Counted from the stretch's first letter, positions 1-16,334 are shown. The stretch: 64,000 nt of DNA from Octopus vulgaris (GCA_951406725.2 OX597815.1:192882001-192946000); one strand, 5' to 3'. Notes: generated from the sequence alone by a model not told the origin. Program-made: numbers and translations.

Positions 1-152
1 CTTTCAGTTTTCATCTACCAAATCCACTCACGAGGATTTGGTCGGCCCGAGGCTATAGTAGAAGACATTTGCCCAAGGTACCATGCAGTGGGACTGAACC
101 CAGAACCATGTGGCTGGGAAGCAAACTTCTTACCACACATCCACGCATCCGC
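1..152 (-). mobile_element. tRNA-derived SINE family 1, 5' part
   Basis: Reverse complement of the head of the copy at 370-790. Confidence 0.85.
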
Positions 153-369
153 GATCGCAACGTTTTTTCCGAATGACATTGTAGGGTGGGTGTAAAAAGC
201 CGAATCCGGCCAATTTGGGCAGAAAACAGGTAGAATATTCGGGCCGCATATACCTGATTTAAACGCTAAAGAGCTTAGACGATAACTTCGATGTATCTGA
301 TATTCCTTCATAAACCAATTTCCGATGATGGTTCCTTCAGCAATCCGAAGGGTTATGAATTAATACATA

Positions 370-790
370 GGCGCAGGAGTGGCTGTGTGGTAAGTAGCTT
401 GCTAACCAACCACATGGTTCCGGGTTCAGTCTCACTGCGTCGCACCTTGGGCAAGTGTCTTCTGCTATTGCCCCGGGCCGACCAATGCCTTGTGAGTGGA
501 TTTGGTAGACGGAAACTGAAAGAAGCCTGTCGTATATATGTATATATATGTATATATATATATGTGTGTGTGTTTGTGTGCCTGTGTTTGTCCCCCCCCC
601 CCCAACATCGCTTGACAACCGATGCTGGTGTGTTTACGTCCCCGTCACTTAGCGGTTCGGCAAAAGAAACCGATAGAATAAGTACTGGGCTTACTTACAA
701 AGAATAAGTCCCGGGGTCGATTTGCTCGACTAAAGGCGGTGCTCCAGCATGGCCGCAGTCAAATGACTGAAACAAGTAAAAGAGAAAGAG
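370..790 (+). mobile_element. tRNA-derived SINE family 1, full length
   Basis: A box (tggctgtgtggt), B box (ggttcagtccc), CORE-like ccttgggcaagtg, internal TA/TG microsatellite and gactgaaacaagtaaaaga tail. Many copies in the window. Confidence 0.9.
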
Positions 791-1139
791 AACTGTTCTC
801 CATTCCCGTCTGTAGACCCCACTCTCTCTCCTTCTCTCTCTTTCTCTCTCTCCCTTTCTCTCTCTCTCTCTCTTTTTCTCTCTCCGTCTCTCAAGACCTT
901 ATAGCAGAATTTAATTCGGTTCTGTTCTGAAATCAAAAAGTCGGTCGAAAGGCTTGTTTCGTTGTTTGCAAATAATTCGTTGAAAAAAGAAAAAAGAAAG
1001 GGGGGGGGTGATAATGATAGGTGAAATGTAGCGTGAATATGATTACAATCAATATATAACTACAATAAACGAACATAAACAGAAATTATATCTCCTCTCT
1101 CAGTGTGTGGGGGGCGTGGGGCGTTTATGCGCGGCTGTA

Positions 1140-2763
<1,624 letters not shown>

Positions 2764-2948
2764 GAACAAACGTACAACTGGACCTCATTACCTAATTTTC
2801 TACAGACATTGGAATGAAGTTTGGTGGGTTCAAACGTTCATTTTTGACAATAAAACGCGATGAAATTGTGCCCTCCTCTGCAAATCTAAAAATGAACGGC
2901 ATGAAAATACAATCTCTTCAGTCAGGTAACTATTATACATATCTTGGA

Positions 2949-3790
2949 AAGGCGGCGAGCTGGCAGAAACGTTAGCACGCCGGGCGAAATGCTTAGCAGT
3001 ATTTCGCCTGCCGTTACGTTCTGAGTTCAAATTCCGCCGAGGTCGACTTTGCCGTTCATCCTTTCGGGGTCGATAAATTAAGTACCAGTTACGCACAGGG
3101 TTGATGTAATCGACTTAATCCGTTTGTCTATCCTTGTTTGTCCCCTCTGTGTTTAGCCCCTTGTGGGTAGTAAAGAAATAGGTATTTCGTCTGTCTACGT
3201 TCTGAAATCAAATTCCGTCGGGTCGACTTTACCTTTCATCCTTTCGGAGTCGATAAATTAAGTACCAGTTGCGCACTAGTTTCGATGTAATCAACTTAAT
3301 CCGTTTGTCTGTCCTTTTTCGTCCCCTGTATGTTTAGCCCCTTGTGGGCAATAAAGAAATAAGAAACGTTAGCATGCCGGGTAAAATGCTTAGCGGTATT
3401 TCGTCTGCGTTACGTTGTGAGTTCAAATTCCGCCGAGGTCGACTTTGCCTTTCATCCTTTCGGGGTCGATAAATTAAGTACCAGTTACGCACTGGGGTCG
3501 ATGTAATCGACTTAATACCTATGTCTGTCCTTGTTTGTCCCCTCTGTGTTTAGCCCCTTGTGGGTAATAAAGAAATAGGTATTTCGTCTGCCGTTACGTT
3601 CTGAGTTCAAATTCCGCCTAGGTCGACTTTGCCTTTCATCCTTTCGGGGTCGATAAATTAAATACTAGTTATGCACTGGGGTCGATGTAATCGACTTAAT
3701 CCGTCGTCTGTCCTTGTTTGTCCTCTCTGTGTTTAGCCCCTTGTGGGTAGTAAAGAAATAGGTATTTCGTATGTCTTTATGTTCTGAGTG
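2949..3790 (+). mobile_element. SINE family 2, head-to-tail multimer (about 4 units)
   Basis: aaggcggcgagctggcagaa head, then repeated gttcaaattccgccgaggtcgactttgcctttcatcctttcggggtcgataaattaagtacc...aaagaaatagg units. Confidence 0.9.
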
Positions 3791-4653
3791 TAAACTGTTC
3801 AGTGTTGCAGGAAACTTCACCATCCGTGGAGATGTGGACAGGCTATACTTCCCATGCGAGGATAACTGTCCTGGTCTCGAATCCGTACTGATGTCATATG
3901 AAGCAAGTATTGTGAAACTGAAACATTTCCAACAGAGGAAGAGACCAGTAACTATCTGGGCCGAGTTTGTGACCATGAGAGGGGGAGGGAGGGAGGAAGA
4001 TAGGGAAAGGGAGGTAGGAAGAGAGAGAGAGTGAGAGAGAGAAAGAGAGAGAGAGAGAGCATTGCCGACTAAATGTCTGCAAGGCCAAGGCAGAATTTCA
4101 AGTTCAAATAATTTGTCTAACCCTTCATTGATCTTCTCCACCTTACTGTTATGTTTTAGAGACAAGCCAAAGTAAGATAGTTGTTTGTGAATAAAGATTA
4201 ACGGTTTAAATATGAGGAAGCGTCACGTTCTTTAACTGGTGCTGAAGAGTGATAAAAAGAGCTGAAATCATTTCCTTGACAAGCCTTTTTTATATCAGTA
4301 TAACCTTTTTGTGATAGGGTTCAACAAAGCTGAGGATTAACTCCTTCTCGGTGATATTACAGCGCGCCAAACAGGATTTTCTAAATCTCTGATACATCTT
4401 TTTTTTTTATAAGTTTGAAATTCAATGTCAAGCTGGCAAGTCATGACAGACCGACGAAGGTACATGATAACCCTTATACAAAAGAATAAGCTAGAAATAT
4501 AAACACAAAATCTAGCAAGACGAACATACATACATACATACATACATGCATACATACATACATGCATACATACATACATACATACATTCATACATACATA
4601 CATACATACATACATACATACATACATACATACACACACATACATACATATAT

Positions 4654-4723
<70 letters not shown>

Positions 4724-4839
4724 TAATCAGCCGAAACTGCGAGGATGATCCGGTTCTTGACTGAAGATTAAAGGCTTCGAATGACCCATCCGTGTTTTTT
4801 GTATCGTCTATCTGGATGTTTTGCGTTCTTGTCCCATTT

Positions 4840-4919
<80 letters not shown>

Positions 4920-4920
<1 letters not shown>

Positions 4921-5070
4921 AGAGGCTTCTTTCAGTCTCCACCTACCAAGTCCACTCACAAAGCTCTGGTCGGCTCGTGGCTATAGTAAAAGACACTCGA
5001 CCAAGGCGTCAGGCAGTGAGATTGAACCCGGGCCTATGAAGTTTGAAATTAAGCTTCTTACCACACAGCC
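4920..5070 (-). mobile_element. SINE family 1 fragment
   Basis: Diverged reverse complement of the family 1 head. Confidence 0.75.
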
Positions 5071-5244
5071 TTCCACTAAATAATCATCTATTTTTAGAAG
5101 ACTTCAGTTATGTTAATCCGGCCTCTTTTTTTTTATTAGAATAGTTCTGTGTTCAAAAGATTATCAGCGAAGAGAAAATCTTAGTATTTCTTGACCAGAA
5201 TTTCTCTAATGCAATCATGGTTGACATCGATAACAACAATACTA

Positions 5245-5697
5245 CCAATTTTGGCTTCCCATTTTGGCACAAGGCCAGCAATTTGGGGATAGAGTTTAAG
5301 TCGACTACATTGACCCCAGAGTTTAACCGGTACTGATTTTATCGACCCCGACAAGATAAAAGGCAAATTCGACCTCAATAGAATTTGAACTCAGAACGTT
5401 AAGATAGACAAAACACTGCTAAGCATTTTACCCAGTGTTCTAACGATTCTGCCAGCTCACCGCCTTACAATACCTCCAATTGGTTTCAAATTTTGGCACA
5501 AGGCCAGCAATTTCGGGAGCGTGGGTAAGTCAATTACATCGATCTCGGTGTTCAATTGGTCCTTATTTTATCGATCCCGAAAAGATGAAAGGTAAAGTCG
5601 ATTTCGGAAGAATTTGAACTTAGGACGTAAAACCGGACGAAATGCCGGTAAGTATTTTGTCCGGCGTGGCAATGATTTTGCCAGCTCGCCGCCTTAC
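5245..5697 (-). mobile_element. SINE family 2, older subfamily, two adjacent copies
   Basis: ttttggcacaaggccagcaatt tail and gccagctc(a/g)ccgcctt head, twice. Confidence 0.82.
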
Positions 5698-6196
5698 GAT
5701 ACCACCAATAATGACATCAACACCTCTAGCACATGTGTGAGTTATCTGTGGAACCGCATGTGCCTCTCTGATCTTACTTGGTTTTGGAATTAAACCAATA
5801 TGTTTTGCAATGGTATGAAAAAGCCTACTATCTGCTACAGGAAGTAGTTAAAAGAATTCTGGGACGGATATCACTCACAACAGAAACCACTTCATAGCCA
5901 AGCAACTGCGGCAACAGATGTCTTTGTTTACCCAGAAAACGTGTGTTACAGATAGCACTAGATGTTTTGATTCTTGTAATACAGTTCATATTCTTAACAA
6001 TATTGCAAAACCTACCACTGAGTCCTGCAAGAACGAAGATAAACTGGTACTGTCAGCGTTATCATCACACGACTCTATCTCCGTGGATAGATCCGACAGA
6101 GACGGTTGTAGAATTATACGCAGCTGGAAAACATTTTGCAACCACAGTTGGAAAATAATTTCACCAGCTTCTGGAAGCTATCCTGAAGCATTAGAC

Positions 6197-6267
<71 letters not shown>

Positions 6268-6943
6268 TTGACGAGAATAGGAAGAAAACCATCCTCTCTC
6301 ATGATAAAAGTTATTGACGATATCACTGGAAAATGTATTAAAAATGTGATAACACACATCGGAATATTAATACCTGCCTGTATACTGCTTCTGTTATACC
6401 GAAGTTACACCTGAGAGATACTTGCAAAGCACACAGCTATGAAATAACACATCACAAGCAAATCAGGTGTATTACGATTTCAGAAAAGAAAAAAAACCCC
6501 CAAAAAAACAAAGCGAATTACGCCGTAGGATAGGGCCGTTAAATACCATTGCAAAGTATAAAGCTAGCAATAAGTACACATCTCACCAACAGTATCTCTG
6601 GAGAAAACCAACGAAAATGTACAGAGATCACGCGGGAAAATATATAATGCTGAAGCATGAACTTTTAGTGTGGGTATTAGGGTTGTTAAATAGTTATTGA
6701 TGAATGCATTTAATGGGTTTCGTGTTGCATTCATAATGAAAACACAAATATTTATATAAGTTTTCATATTTTTTTTATTAATCCAGAACATTTGCATTTA
6801 CACAGCACAGCATTCAAGAGATATCTAATGTAATAAGCACAAGTTTTTCACTGTATAATATGTTAAATAATCATACGATGATAGTTCGTAATTAATGCTT
6901 TCAGATTTTGGTACAAGGCCAGGAATTTCAGAGAAGGAGGAAT

Positions 6944-7205
6944 TTCAACCGTGTTTCGTGGTCTGCTACCACAACAGCTAGGATCCAGTTAGCTCAAGAC
7001 ATCATCAGGAGGAATCACGTCCGGTTTCGGCCCCTACTCCTCTACCGTTTTGTCGTGGCGCGACCCCACCCTTTCGGAGGCGTCTTCAGTTCTGGTGTTG
7101 AGTACATGTCTTCTTTCTTCTTCTTTCTTCTGTTCCCTGGCCTCTTCGATGTAGCGTCAACGAGTGTGAGCGGGCGACTGACTGACTTGACAAATTTTTC
7201 CCTTT
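6944..7205 (-). mobile_element. Penelope-like retroelement terminal fragment inside a family 2 SINE
   Basis: Two CTGA(A/T)GA...GAAAC cores on minus, flanked by SINE halves at about 6905-6940 and 7207-7305. Confidence 0.55.
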
Positions 7206-7334
7206 AAAGTCGATTATGTTGATCCCAGCGCTCAAATGGTGTTTATTTTATCGACCGTCGACGGAATTTGCCCACCGTGTTATTAATTCTGCCCGATCAC
7301 CGCTTTATAGTTCATTATTAAAATAAAGAATTAA

Positions 7335-7563
7335 ATGTTCCCTTCTCGAGCCATGCTAGGCTCATAAGGGCCGGTTTCAGTGGCATATATATCCTCCATC
7401 TAGACGGGACGTTGGTCCATCGCAGGATAACTAATTTTCGCCAGCTGAGTGAACGGGGGCAACGTGAAATGAAGTGTTTTTCTGAAGAACACATCTCGTC
7501 GCCCGGTGCAGGAATCGAAACTGCAATCTTACGATTATGAGTCACTAAGCCACGCGCCTCCAC
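7335..7563 (-). mobile_element. tRNA-derived SINE family 3 variant
   Basis: gtggaggcgcgtggcttagtg head, gtttcgattcc B box. Confidence 0.75.
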
Positions 7564-8026
7564 TTATAGTCCATGGTTACTGAGAACAAATTATGTTGAA
7601 AGAATTAGAACGCCTTATCAAAAAGCGACTGACATAGCTTCGAGTAGCGTCTGAGGTCGTTCTGTGCAAAAACAAGCAGAGAAAACCAGAACACTTATCA
7701 CCATAATGCAACATGGCTAAATACAATAAATATAAGAATATTGCATCAACATTTGAGTATGGTACAATATTAATCAAATTTTAAACTTTACCCATAGCTG
7801 TGGGAAAGCTTTCTAATGAAGGGCAGCATGTTCAGATCTAATTGTTTGAGACTGGTATGTTGACATTCAACAAAGTCAGCGAATTTTATATTCAAAATAT
7901 CAAAGGAAAAGCCAGACTGACAATTTGCTATCGTAAATTTGTCTGCTACATCACGAATGAATCTTGCGGCGAAGAATGAAAACACTGACTTGTCATAAAA
8001 CTATAGGCCTATTGCTTGCTTAAATA

Positions 8027-8722
8027 TTGGTTTTTAAAGTTTGGTACGAGGCCAGCAAATTCGGGAGAAATTCGATTACATCGACCCCAATGCTTAACTG
8101 GTACTTATTTTACCAATCCCTAAAGGATGAAAGGCAGAGTCTGTCTCGACGGGATTTGAACTCAGAATGCAAAGTCGGAAGAAATTCCCCAAAGCATTTT
8201 TCCCTGCGCGGTAACGATTCTGCCACCTCGCCACCTTATTGTTAGTTTAAATATTGGTTTCAAATTCTGGCACAAGGCCAGAAATTTTGGGGGAGGGGAT
8301 AAGTTGGTTACATCGACCCCCAGGGCGGCGAGCTGGCAGAATCGTTAGCACGCCAGACGAAATGCTTAGCAGTATTTCGTCTGCCGCTACGTTCTGAGTT
8401 CAAATTCCGCCGAGATCGATTTTGCCTTTCATGCTTTCGGGGTCGATTAAATAAGTACCAGTTACGCACTGGGGTCGATGTACTCGAATTAAAACGCAAG
8501 TCTGTCCTTGTTTGCCCCCTCTATGTTTAGCCCCTTGTGGGTAATAAAGAAATAGGTTACATCGACCCCTGTGTTCAACTGGTGCTTGTTTCATCGACCC
8601 CGAAAGAATGAAAGGCAAAGTCTCAACCTTGGCGAAATTTGAACTCAGAACGTAAAGACAGACGAAAATGCCGCAAAACATTTTGTCCGGCGTGATTGCG
8701 ATCCTCCCACCTCACCGCCTTG
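8027..8722 (-). mobile_element. Cluster of family 2 SINEs; a young plus-strand copy (8321-8554) is nested in an older minus-strand copy
   Basis: 15-bp duplication ggttacatcgacccc at 8306-8320 and 8555-8569. Confidence 0.88.
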
Positions 8723-10457
8723 TTGCTAACTTAAATATTAAATTTTATACCCGCAGTCTTAACCAATTCCTTCAAGAGTTCAACAATGTGGTGAGTGCGA
8801 ATCAAAAGTAGTGACTGATAAACGGGCAGATAAAAAGAATAGGGTATAGGGGAACAAACTTTGACAAATAAAGCTGCAAGAAAACATCGCAGAAACCTTG
8901 TGACAAAATGGCTTAAGTGCAGAAAAAGCAGTCTATTATGTTCTTCACTCATAGTCTTTGAAGTTTCTTCGTTAAACAAAAGTAGCAGATGCCTTAGTTG
9001 CTGCTATTGAAAGGCTCACAAAGACCTGGTCAACACACTTGCAACTATAAAAAAAACAAGAGACGATGAGCGATGGCTAGAAGAATATTGAGCTTTATTT
9101 GATAACCAGCTGATCTTGCAAGCGGGGCTTCATATCAGTGAACGGGGCCGGTGTGCATTGATGCCGTCGAGAGGTAGGCCCCGAAATGGCACGCATTCTC
9201 TCCTATAGACCCCATACACTTACTGGCTTCCGGTATGCGGAGTTTTTGACTGGTAGTACTTGCATGTGCAAGTTGTTTGCAAGATATGATATAATAAATA
9301 TTTTAAACGATGTATTTCAAGGAAACTCTGTACTTTTCTTTACTTTGGCACTAAAATCACTGCCTTCTCTTTTATAAAACCTAGGGCTTACGTGTTAGAT
9401 CTACAACTGTAAGAGATACAAATCTAATCCATAATATCTTCGTGGATGGGAAAGTCTAAAGATCTACACTGGAAATATTTACGATTCCGAGAAACTGCTA
9501 GATTTAGTAACATTTTCACTTGATATAGCAATAAATTTGACCCAAAGCAATATTCATGTTTGAGTTAGAGTGCACAAAATCTGTTTTCTAAGCCTTTGTG
9601 TGATATATATAATACATACATACATACATACATACATACATAATACATACATACATACATACGTACGTACATATATAGAAATATATAATTGCGAGTATAA
9701 TCGACTAAGCCACACGTGTGTTTGACGTTATGTTAAAATTTAGCGAGCGGTTTAGTAAATTGTATTCAAGACAAATTCTACTAATGACCTATGGATATGT
9801 TATGTAAGTAAAATTGCATAATACATTAATAGCGAAACAATTGTCTAGAGTTAATCTACATTTTTGTTATCTTTCATTTGCCCTGCTCGTTTACGTTAAA
9901 TGTTGTGCTGATTCTCCTTGGAAACAATTTTTAGTGGTTGATACCACACCGGATCTACGTTTAGCGAAAGAGTCGACCATATAGTGGTCACTCTCTTATA
10001 TTTGTGTATAAATGTTTACTGTATCCCTGGTTTTTATGCGCTAAGCCACTTGGTGTTAAATTGATGGTATTATTAAATTAATATCCAATTTTTTCACCCT
10101 TATTTTTGATTATATATATATATAATATATCATAATAATATTTCATTCTCCAATTTCAAGCGACAATTTTTAGATACAAATAAATAACTGAAAAATTTGT
10201 GTATTTAAAAACTGCCGCTTCAAATCGGAGAATAAAATATTATTTGAGATATTATAATGAAATATTTTAATGTAGTTATTATTATACTATGAGTCTTCCA
10301 TAGTAGCTTTCTCTCTGGAACTTACAAAGCCATTCGCGTTTGTTTACAAATATATGTAATATAAATACACACACATTCACACACATACTCACACACACAG
10401 AGACACACACACACACACACACACATACATACACACACACACACACAAGCACACACA

Positions 10458-10495
<38 letters not shown>

Positions 10496-10565
10496 TACAG
10501 CGTGGAACTTTGTCAGTAAACAGGTCACGGTCTCAAGGAGACGAAAATATATGCGTGTGTGTATG

Positions 10566-10599
<34 letters not shown>

Positions 10600-10618
10600 T
10601 ATGTATATGTATATATAT

Positions 10619-10679
<61 letters not shown>

Positions 10680-10724
10680 TGTATACATATATATATACAT
10701 ACATATATATACACATATTCTTTT

Positions 10725-11082
10725 ATTCTTTTACTTGTTTCAATCGTTAGACTGCAGCCATACTGGGACACCGCCTTGGGAAATTTTTAGTCGAACTAAT
10801 CGACTCCAGTACTTATTCTATCGGTCTAATTTGCCAAACCGCTAGGTTATGGGGATATAAACGCACCATCACTGGTTGTCGATCGGTGGTATAGGACAAC
10901 CGCAGACACAAAGACACATACACACACATACATACATATACGATGAACTTATTTCAGTTTCAGTCTAGCAAATCCACTAACAAGGCTTTGATCGGCCCGA
11001 GTATCGTAGAAGAGTGGGACTGAACCCAGAACCAATGTGGTCGGAAAGTAAGCTTCTTACCAGACAACCACGCCTGCGCCTA
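10725..11082 (-). mobile_element. SINE family 1, diverged
   Basis: cttttacttgtttc tail to cacgcctgcgcct head, reverse complement. Confidence 0.8.
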
Positions 11083-11907
11083 TGTCTGAAGAAAAGATGA
11101 TGGCAAGGTCTAGACAACGTTTGAGTCTCGTATGGTACCGTTCAGGAAATATCTATTAAATAACAGCACTAAAAATAAATGCCTCAACCAAGTTATCCAA
11201 ACTGAAGAGAATAATATACTATGAGTCGGCTGTGAATTCCTCAATAAATATTCATTTCCTGACGGATTCCCACTGGATCTTTTTAACTAGCGGACTTCAA
11301 GAAAGACCTTGAAGAGAAGCACTTTTCATATTAAAAAGGTGTTATGTATTTTTTTTCTCTAGTTTCAGCTCAGAGCTGCGGCCATGCTGATGCACCGCCG
11401 TTTTGTGCTACACTGTTATTACGAAGAACCTCGTCTAATATGTGGCACTCGGTGAAGAATGGAATTGATATAGCTACTCTCATTTGCACCTCTTGCCGTG
11501 AGGTAGGTTCGTCATAAATTTTGTAAACTTGAGGATAATACTAACCTCAACAGGAAATATAGCTTATTTTTGACTGGTGACAGTCACATCACGTTACATT
11601 ATGAAGAATATGCTTTTGCTATCCAAGAATAAGAATTAGTTATAGAATACCCAATGAACAAAAGACACAATGAAGCGCTTTCAGTATTGTATCGACAATG
11701 CTGTTGCTAAAAAATATTCAATGACATCCGTAGGAAAGACTTCTCTATGATAGATACAGAAAATAATCCTTTTACTAAGCATATTCATGTGTATAAACAT
11801 CAGAAATATTGGTGGTACATTTCCATTGAAATGTTTGCCAAGCGGTGATACAGCAGGTTTGATGAAGTTGTTTGGTACAGAATATAAAAGCCAATATATA
11901 TGTGGCT

Positions 11908-12262
11908 CTCCGTCGGTTACGACGATGCAGGTACCAGTTAATCTGATCAACGGAACAGCCTGCTCGTGAAACTAACGTGCAAGTGGCCGAGCTCCTCACA
12001 GACACGCGTATCCTTAATGAAGTTTCTCAGGGGAGGTTCAGCGTGACACAGAAGGTGACAAGACTAATCATTTGAAACACAAGTACTATTTATTTTTGCG
12101 AGCAGAGTGGACTGAAACAACATGAAATGAAATGTCTTGCTCAAGGACTGGAGCAACGTGAAATAAAGTTTCTTGCTCAAGAACACAACGCGCCGCCAGG
12201 AATTCGAACTTACAACCTTAGGACCGTGAGCTGAATACCCTAACTGCTAAGCCACGCGCCTT
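11908..12262 (-). mobile_element. SINE family 3 variant
   Basis: Shares the ccgtcggttacgacgatg...aacggaacagcctgctcgtgaaa tail with 27558 and 38778. Confidence 0.8.
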
Positions 12263-12679
12263 GGGGATGCTGGCGTATCATTGCCTGAGAAATTTGCCTT
12301 GGATGTGGGTGAGAGTGTATTTATGATGTGAGTGGTCTCTGTGTGAGTATTTTTTGGGGGTAGAAAGGGCTCCTTAGCCGTAGTGAAGGCAATCTATCTA
12401 GGGAGATAACCTTACAATAAATCACTCGGTCCGTAGCTTAGAAATACTGGGTTGACGTCCAGCAGGAACAGCTTTGTTTCATGGAAGAGGAAAGATCTTC
12501 TTTAGTACTTGGTTGTACAATGCTTTCCAATGTGTGTAGTAGTGACGCGCGCACACATTATTAGCCATTTGAAAATACTATGAGTCTCGACCACGGTCGG
12601 TCGTGAGTATTTTTAGAGCTGCGTTGTCAGAGCCCCTGGGTGCATTTAATATCCGTTATTTTTCTTCCTCTTGCTGCAG

Positions 12680-13000
12680 GTGGTATGATAAATGTAAAAG
12701 GTCAGCTAGCCACATTGCAGATGTGCACACATTTCTTTCAAAATATGTAGCAAAAACAATATCCATGATAACTGCTTCGAAACCAACAGCTTCTCTTCCC
12801 GGATTATAAATTTTACGTTTGTATCCATAGTTATTGAAGTACTTGGCTGTGTTAGTAAATATCTTAGCAACAATCTTGGAAATTGGGGTTTCCAGGAAGA
12901 AAGTGTTCAGCTAACATGCACTGGCAAATACAATTTGCACAAGCTGAGCATTGAAAGTATGCAAAATTTTTCTAATCTTCAGCAAGAGTAAATTTTGCCA
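12680..13000 (+). pseudogene. Degenerate RLE-type non-LTR retrotransposon fragment
   Basis: Broken frame reads LLRNQQLLFPDYKF, matching the fragment at 28802-29170. Confidence 0.55.
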
Positions 13001-13094
13001 ATTGTTATCTCTCAAACAAAAAGGCATAGTTATGCGCTCGCACACACACACACACACACACATATATATACATATATTCATAAAGATATATATT

Positions 13095-13153
<59 letters not shown>

Positions 13154-13156
13154 TTA

Positions 13157-13204
<48 letters not shown>

Positions 13205-13350
13205 CATATATAAGTGCATGTAAATATACAAACGTACATTATTTATCCATTAATTCGTCCATTCATCCATCTATCCATCCATTCATCGATCTACACATAC
13301 ATACACACATTCATACATACATACATACATACATACATACATACATACAT

Positions 13351-13381
<31 letters not shown>

Positions 13382-14505
13382 TACATACATACATACATAC
13401 ATACATACATACATACATACATACATACATACATACATACGTACGTACGTACATACATTCTACCTATTTGGTTTTGTCGAAATTCCGATGAAAGGATCTT
13501 GTTTCTTGGGTTCTTTCTTATTTGTGAGAGATTGTGGAAATAAACTCGGAAAATGAACAAACGGAACCTATGCATTTAATACGCGCATACGTTCGTACAC
13601 ATATGCACACACATCCATACATTCACATGCAACCATGCATACAGACATATATATTTACCAATAAACGTACATATATATTTATTCATGTATGCATGCACAC
13701 ATACGTACATGTACATAAATTTAATAGTTGTTGTGAGACGTAGCTTTAAGATTCAGAAGATAAACTTTTACGTGAAATTATATATAAATATGGAGAAATC
13801 GTTCTATAGCTGAAAACATTTAAGCTCTTATATATATATATACATGACTCCCATACTGAATTATAAATGAATTTACTCGAAAATGCGTTTTCCTTTCTTG
13901 TGTTTCTTTACTTATTTATATGGTTATGTTGTTGCAGATGTTGTTGTTGTTGCTGCTGTTATTCCATACAAGACCAACATGTTATTAAGTTACTTAAGTT
14001 GTCGCCATTTTAAAATTCTTACACAAAAGTTTACATAGAATATTGAATCGATTCTTGAAAGGAATTGTGCACCACTGACAACCAACATCTGTTTGATCAA
14101 TTATTCTAGGTTTAATTATCGCAGTATCAGAGAATATACATATTTGTCCACAGTTGTTGCATCTTTAGTTGCTGTTCTTTAAACCCAAGTTATTCCTGAT
14201 CAAGACCTATAGCAAAATCGTGACCTTCGCATCTTATTCCAGATGGCATCACCAGAGAATGTGTACTGCTCTTCATTCGGTGTATAAGATTGGGAGGGAG
14301 ATCTAGTTGCTATTTTTAGCAGATCAAGTGACCACGTAGGAATTCCTTCGTTGGCATAGATGTTCCCTCGTGGTCCTCTGTACAGAGAAATACTAGACCT
14401 TGCTCTACTGGATTCATAAGTTCCGTTTATGAATACTAAAGTCAATGATGGGAATTGTTGCAGGCTGCTGGCGCAAGATATTATAGGACATTGATAGAAT
14501 GTAAA

Positions 14506-14740
14506 TATATTTCTTTACTACCCACAAGGGGCTAAACACAGAGGAGACAAGCAAGGACAGATAGACGGATTAAGTCGATTATATCGACCCCAGTGCGTAA
14601 CTGGTACTTAATTTATCGACCCCGAAAGGATGAAAGGCAAAGTCGACCTCAGCGGAATTTGAACTCAGAACGTAACGGCAGACGAAATACGGTCACGCAT
14701 TTCGCCCGGCGTGCTAACGTTTCTGCCAGCTTGCCGTCTT
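14506..14740 (-). mobile_element. SINE family 2, full length with TSD
   Basis: 17-bp duplication cattgatagaatgtaaa at 14489-14505 and 14741-14757. Confidence 0.93.
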
Positions 14741-15240
14741 CATTGATAGAATGTAAAGGCGTTACTTAGATGCAAGCGAAGCAACCCGATCAAAATTAGC
14801 TTACATTAAATAAAGGATCTATTCCATGCTATTTCTCTGGTTGTGACATCGATGCTGGAAGTGGTATTGTCTTGGCAGGCATAGCCAACCATAACCTTTT
14901 GTACTTTGAAGAGATTAAGGCATTCCTGTGTAGTTTGAAACTGATATTACAAAAGATGTGAAATTTCTGGCCATATTTGTAGTGACGTCTAAGATATGGG
15001 ATAGGTGAACTAGATTCCGCTTCCTAAATCTCGTTCAATATTGGATGGGTGGAGATTGCTCCATGTAAACTAACTTCTCACTAAACACTCTCTTGACTAA
15101 CCTCGTTATAGCAAGAGTTGCTTTACCAAAAATTTCCTTATCGAATGATAGTTTAAAGCTCTTCTTGCTTATACTTTCTGCCAGATTCTTACTTATAGCT
15201 GGGGCATCACTGGGATTACTATGGATATATACAATACATA

Positions 15241-15654
15241 GGCGCAGGAGTGGCTGTGTGGTAAGTAGCTTGTTTACCAACCACATGGTTCCGGGTTCAG
15301 TCCCACTGCGTGGCACCTTGGGCAAGTGTCTTCTACTATAGCCTCGGGCCGACCAAAGCCTTGTGAGTGGATTTGGTAGAGGGAAACTGAAAGAAGCCCG
15401 TCGAATATATGTATGTATATATATATATATATGCGTGTGTGTGTTTGTGTGTCTGTGTTTGTCCCCCTAGCATTGCTTGACAACCGATGCTGGTGTGTTT
15501 ATGTCCCCGTTACTTAGCGGTTCGGCAAAAGAGACCGATAGAATAAGTACTGGGCTTACAAAAGAATAAGTCTCGGGGTCGAGTTGCTCGATTAAGGGCG
15601 GTGCCCCAGCATGGCCGCAGTCAAATGACTGAAACAAGTAAAAGAGTAAAAGAA
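15241..15654 (+). mobile_element. SINE family 1, full length
   Basis: Near-identical to 370-790. Confidence 0.92.
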
Positions 15655-16070
15655 TACCATTTTTTGACTTCTTATAATAGCATTGCTAATATGGTTTAAC
15701 ATCTAATGCAGCACCTAGGAAGTTAGTTATCGTTAGATTGGTAATAGTAGTGATGTTTAAATCAGACTTCAGTTTTTTTTCGGTTTTAACCTGGCGCGGC
15801 CGCTCATATTGAATGAGATTGCTAAACTTTTATTTCTTATAAAACTGAGATGTGAGAGACATCTTTAATTCCCTTCCTAATTCTAAAAATATGAAGACTA
15901 AAAAAAAAAACAGAAACAAAAACAACGAAACCAACTATCTCCATTTCGTCATAGATTCTTATTGAAAAAACCAAGCAGAAAGTCTCTTCCGTTTCTGACC
16001 CCTTTCTGGTGTTCATTGTTATTCTAACGTCTGATTGTACTAAACCGCTTTCCGAAATACAATACTTTGA

Positions 16071-16071
<1 letters not shown>

Positions 16072-16121
<50 letters not shown>

Positions 16122-16205
16122 AAGGAGAAGGAGAAGTAGTGGTAGTAGTAGTAGTAGTAGTAGTAGAAGAAGAAGAAGAAGAAGAAGAAGAAGAAGAAGA
16201 AGGAA

Positions 16206-16241
<36 letters not shown>

Positions 16242-16260
16242 AAGGAGAAGGAGAAGGAGA

Positions 16261-16334
<74 letters not shown>

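Noticed and set aside
2830-3096. Recurrent ORF MRNWYLIYRPRKDERQSRPRR and similar
   Set aside because: Antisense translation of SINE family 2.
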